From the NCBI GenBank assembly GCA_033442325.1, contig JAWQFM010000002.1, positions 2,507,144 to 2,571,143 of the forward strand: a stretch of 64,000 nt of DNA, written 5' to 3'. Source of the DNA: Salpingoeca rosetta. Lineage: Eukaryota; Protista; Choanoflagellata. Position numbers and translations under genes: made by a program. Below the pieces are notes generated by a model. It was given only the letters and a program-made list of their open reading frames with translations, did no database searches and was not told where the DNA came from. Shown here in pieces: positions 62,385 to 64,000 of this stretch (the first letter of the stretch is position 1; each line of letters begins with the position of its first letter).

Positions 62385-62448
62385 TGGTTGAGCAGGGCCT
62401 CATTTCACAGGCGGACGAAAGCGTAACTCTCGCAACAAGTTCAAATGA
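54384..62448 (+). CDS. Large hypothetical protein: possible MATH-like N-terminus, coiled coil, Lys-rich patch, very long Q/P/H-rich low-complexity region
   Basis: Candidate exons: 54384-54398, 54494-54543, ~54757-54795, ~54885-55338, 55692-55778, 56022-~56116, ~56371-56664, ~56982-57818, ~58072-62224 and 62411-62448 (GGRKRNSRNKFK*). The long open frames 56984-57874 and 58033-62391 support coding. The 5' exons are tentative. Confidence 0.65.
59245..59533 (+). repeat. Coding minisatellite, ~15-nt unit GTCAAGCAGCAG(C/A)CA encoding VKQQQ/VKQQP
   Basis: About 19 tandem units are directly visible, with occasional 12-nt variants. Confidence 0.95.
59935..60215 (+). repeat. Coding tandem repeat, ~3 copies of QEKEE(R)KQQKQQEQQPLRQSKQPK
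   Basis: Near-identical copies of gcaagagaaggaagagc...caaccgctgagacaatcgaaacagccgaag. Confidence 0.9.
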
Positions 62449-63035
62449 CGCCACTTGCTTGTTGCTTAGTGCAGGCTTGTTGAGGCTGTGTGGATATGTA
62501 TGAGCATGTTCGTGTGTGAATATGTATGAGAGAGAGAGTATGTGTGTTTAGTTGTTTGTTTGTTTGTTTGTTTGTTTGTTTGTTTGTTTGTTTGTTTGTT
62601 TGTTTGTTTGTTTGTTTGTTTGTTTGGTTGGTTGGTTGTTTGTTGTGTGTTTGTTTGGTTGGTTGTTTGCTTGTGCTTGGGCGAGAGATGCGATGACTGC
62701 CCCCATTATATGTGTGCGCACAGTGCCCTGTGCTTGAAGCGTTTGTGATCGTGTTGTGAGTATGATTGCTTGTGTGGAGTCGTGTATTTGACGTGCTGGG
62801 TTTAATTGCCGATGAACAAAGAAGAGATTGTGGTGTTGGACAAACCAGCCGGCCAGCCAGCTCTGAATGACAGTAAACATTTGACCGATGCGCTCACCAG
62901 TAATTTAACAATCCACAGTGCGTGTGAATGAGCGTGTGTATGCTTGAAAGCGTGTGTGTATGAGCGTGTTTGTGTGCATGCGTACATGTGCATGCGTGTG
63001 TGTATGCGCATGTATATGTGTATGAGCGTGTGTTC

Positions 63036-64000
63036 TTAGGCGGTTGGAGGGCGTTCATCCAGCCAGCGTTGAAACTCTTGTTGGAAAGCAACCTGGGGAT
63101 GAAGAACACGCATGCGGTCATGGTAAGTTGAGGCGCAATGCGGCCGTTGGCACTGTTGGGAAGGAGGGCAAAGGGATTACTACATCACAACAACCCACCT
63201 TTTGCTTCTCAAACAGGTGTTTCAGGTGTTCTGTTTCCTGTTTCAGCGATCGCAGCTTCGACAGCTTCGATTTGTACCTGTGTATGTGTTAGTATAAGTA
63301 TTTGAGCGTCAGTGTGTGTGTGTGTGTGCGTGTGAGTGTGAGCGTGAGTGTAAATTGGAGCGTGTGCGTGTGCGTGTGAGTGCATAGGTGATCAGGGGAG
63401 AGACCAAGCAGAAAGCGCGAAAAGTTACAAAAGCGTACGCTGTCTGGCAAACTTGAAGCTCTGACTGCATCGCATCCAGTTCTGGGTCCACAATGTCCTC
63501 TTCTTCCAGCCCACTTCGGATCTGTCGATGCATGGCAAGTGTGGTGGTGGAGATGGTAGGGGAATTAAGATCGCGGGTGCACGTGGAGAACAAGAGCACG
63601 CACAGGCACGGGGGGGGGGGTGGGATAATGTGCGTGCGCGAGTGAGTGAAGATGCGTGTAAGGGATGTGCATGTGCATGTAGGTCGTGCATCATCATGAC
63701 ACGCGGCAAGCACTCACGTGTTCTGTGAGATGCTCTTGCTGGTGTCGCGTCATGTGCCGCTTAATCTCCGCAATAATATCCCTGGAGGATAACGAGGGGA
63801 AGTATGGATGAGAAGACAAGGCGGGGGGGAGAAGAGGAAGGGAGGGGGGAGGGGTACGCGATTGCGACACCAATGACACATCCAAGGTGCCCAGAGCCAC
63901 GCGGAACCAGTGCAAAGCATGTTGAACGCGCGTGGAGGGGGAGTTGATGCAGAAACGTACTTGGCTTCCTGCACCTCTTGTCCAAGACGTTGAGCTTGCG
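63036..64000 (-). CDS. 3' end of a kinesin-9 / KIF6-like gene (C-terminal coiled coil); motor domain outside the window
   Basis: Spliced exons read QAQRLGQEVQEAK|DIIAEIKRHMTRHQQEHLTEH|IRSGLEEEDIVDPELDAMQSELQVCQTA|YKSKLSKLRSLKQETEHLKHLFEKQK|VAFQQEFQRWLDERPPTA*. This resembles the KIF6/KIF9 tail pattern YK...L+.LK.E.EHL..L..K.K..LQ.EF..W. Confidence 0.65.

Overview
Eukaryotic, GC-rich, intron-dense genomic DNA. Its introns are packed with (CA/TG)n, (GAT)n, (CAA)n and (AG)n microsatellites. This style and the gene content are typical of a choanoflagellate such as Salpingoeca rosetta (inference). Most entries in the ORF track are microsatellite artefacts, so I rebuilt genes by hand from GT-AG exons. 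Genes in order: a divergent PP2A B56 subunit (-); a type II membrane protein with a degenerate Torsin/LAP1-like AAA+ domain (+); SH3YL1/Ysc84 (-); a Salvador/SAV1-like 2xWW+SARAH protein (+); an ADAM10/17-like metalloprotease (-); a BPI/TULIP + double PqiA(LetA)-like membrane protein (+); EML5/6 with three TAPE units (-, spanning a 520-N gap); a signal-peptide-bearing class V PLP enzyme (-); an unknown Q-rich protein (-); CCDC61/VFL3 (+); a large coiled-coil/prion-like protein (+); and the 3' end of a KIF6-like kinesin-9 (-). Best candidates for new biology are the LAP1/LULL1-like torsin cofactor outside animals, the TULIP-PqiA fusion (a possible one-polypeptide lipid transporter), the Salvador homologue and the apparently secreted PLP lyase. 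All family assignments come from motif recognition by eye, not from database searches.
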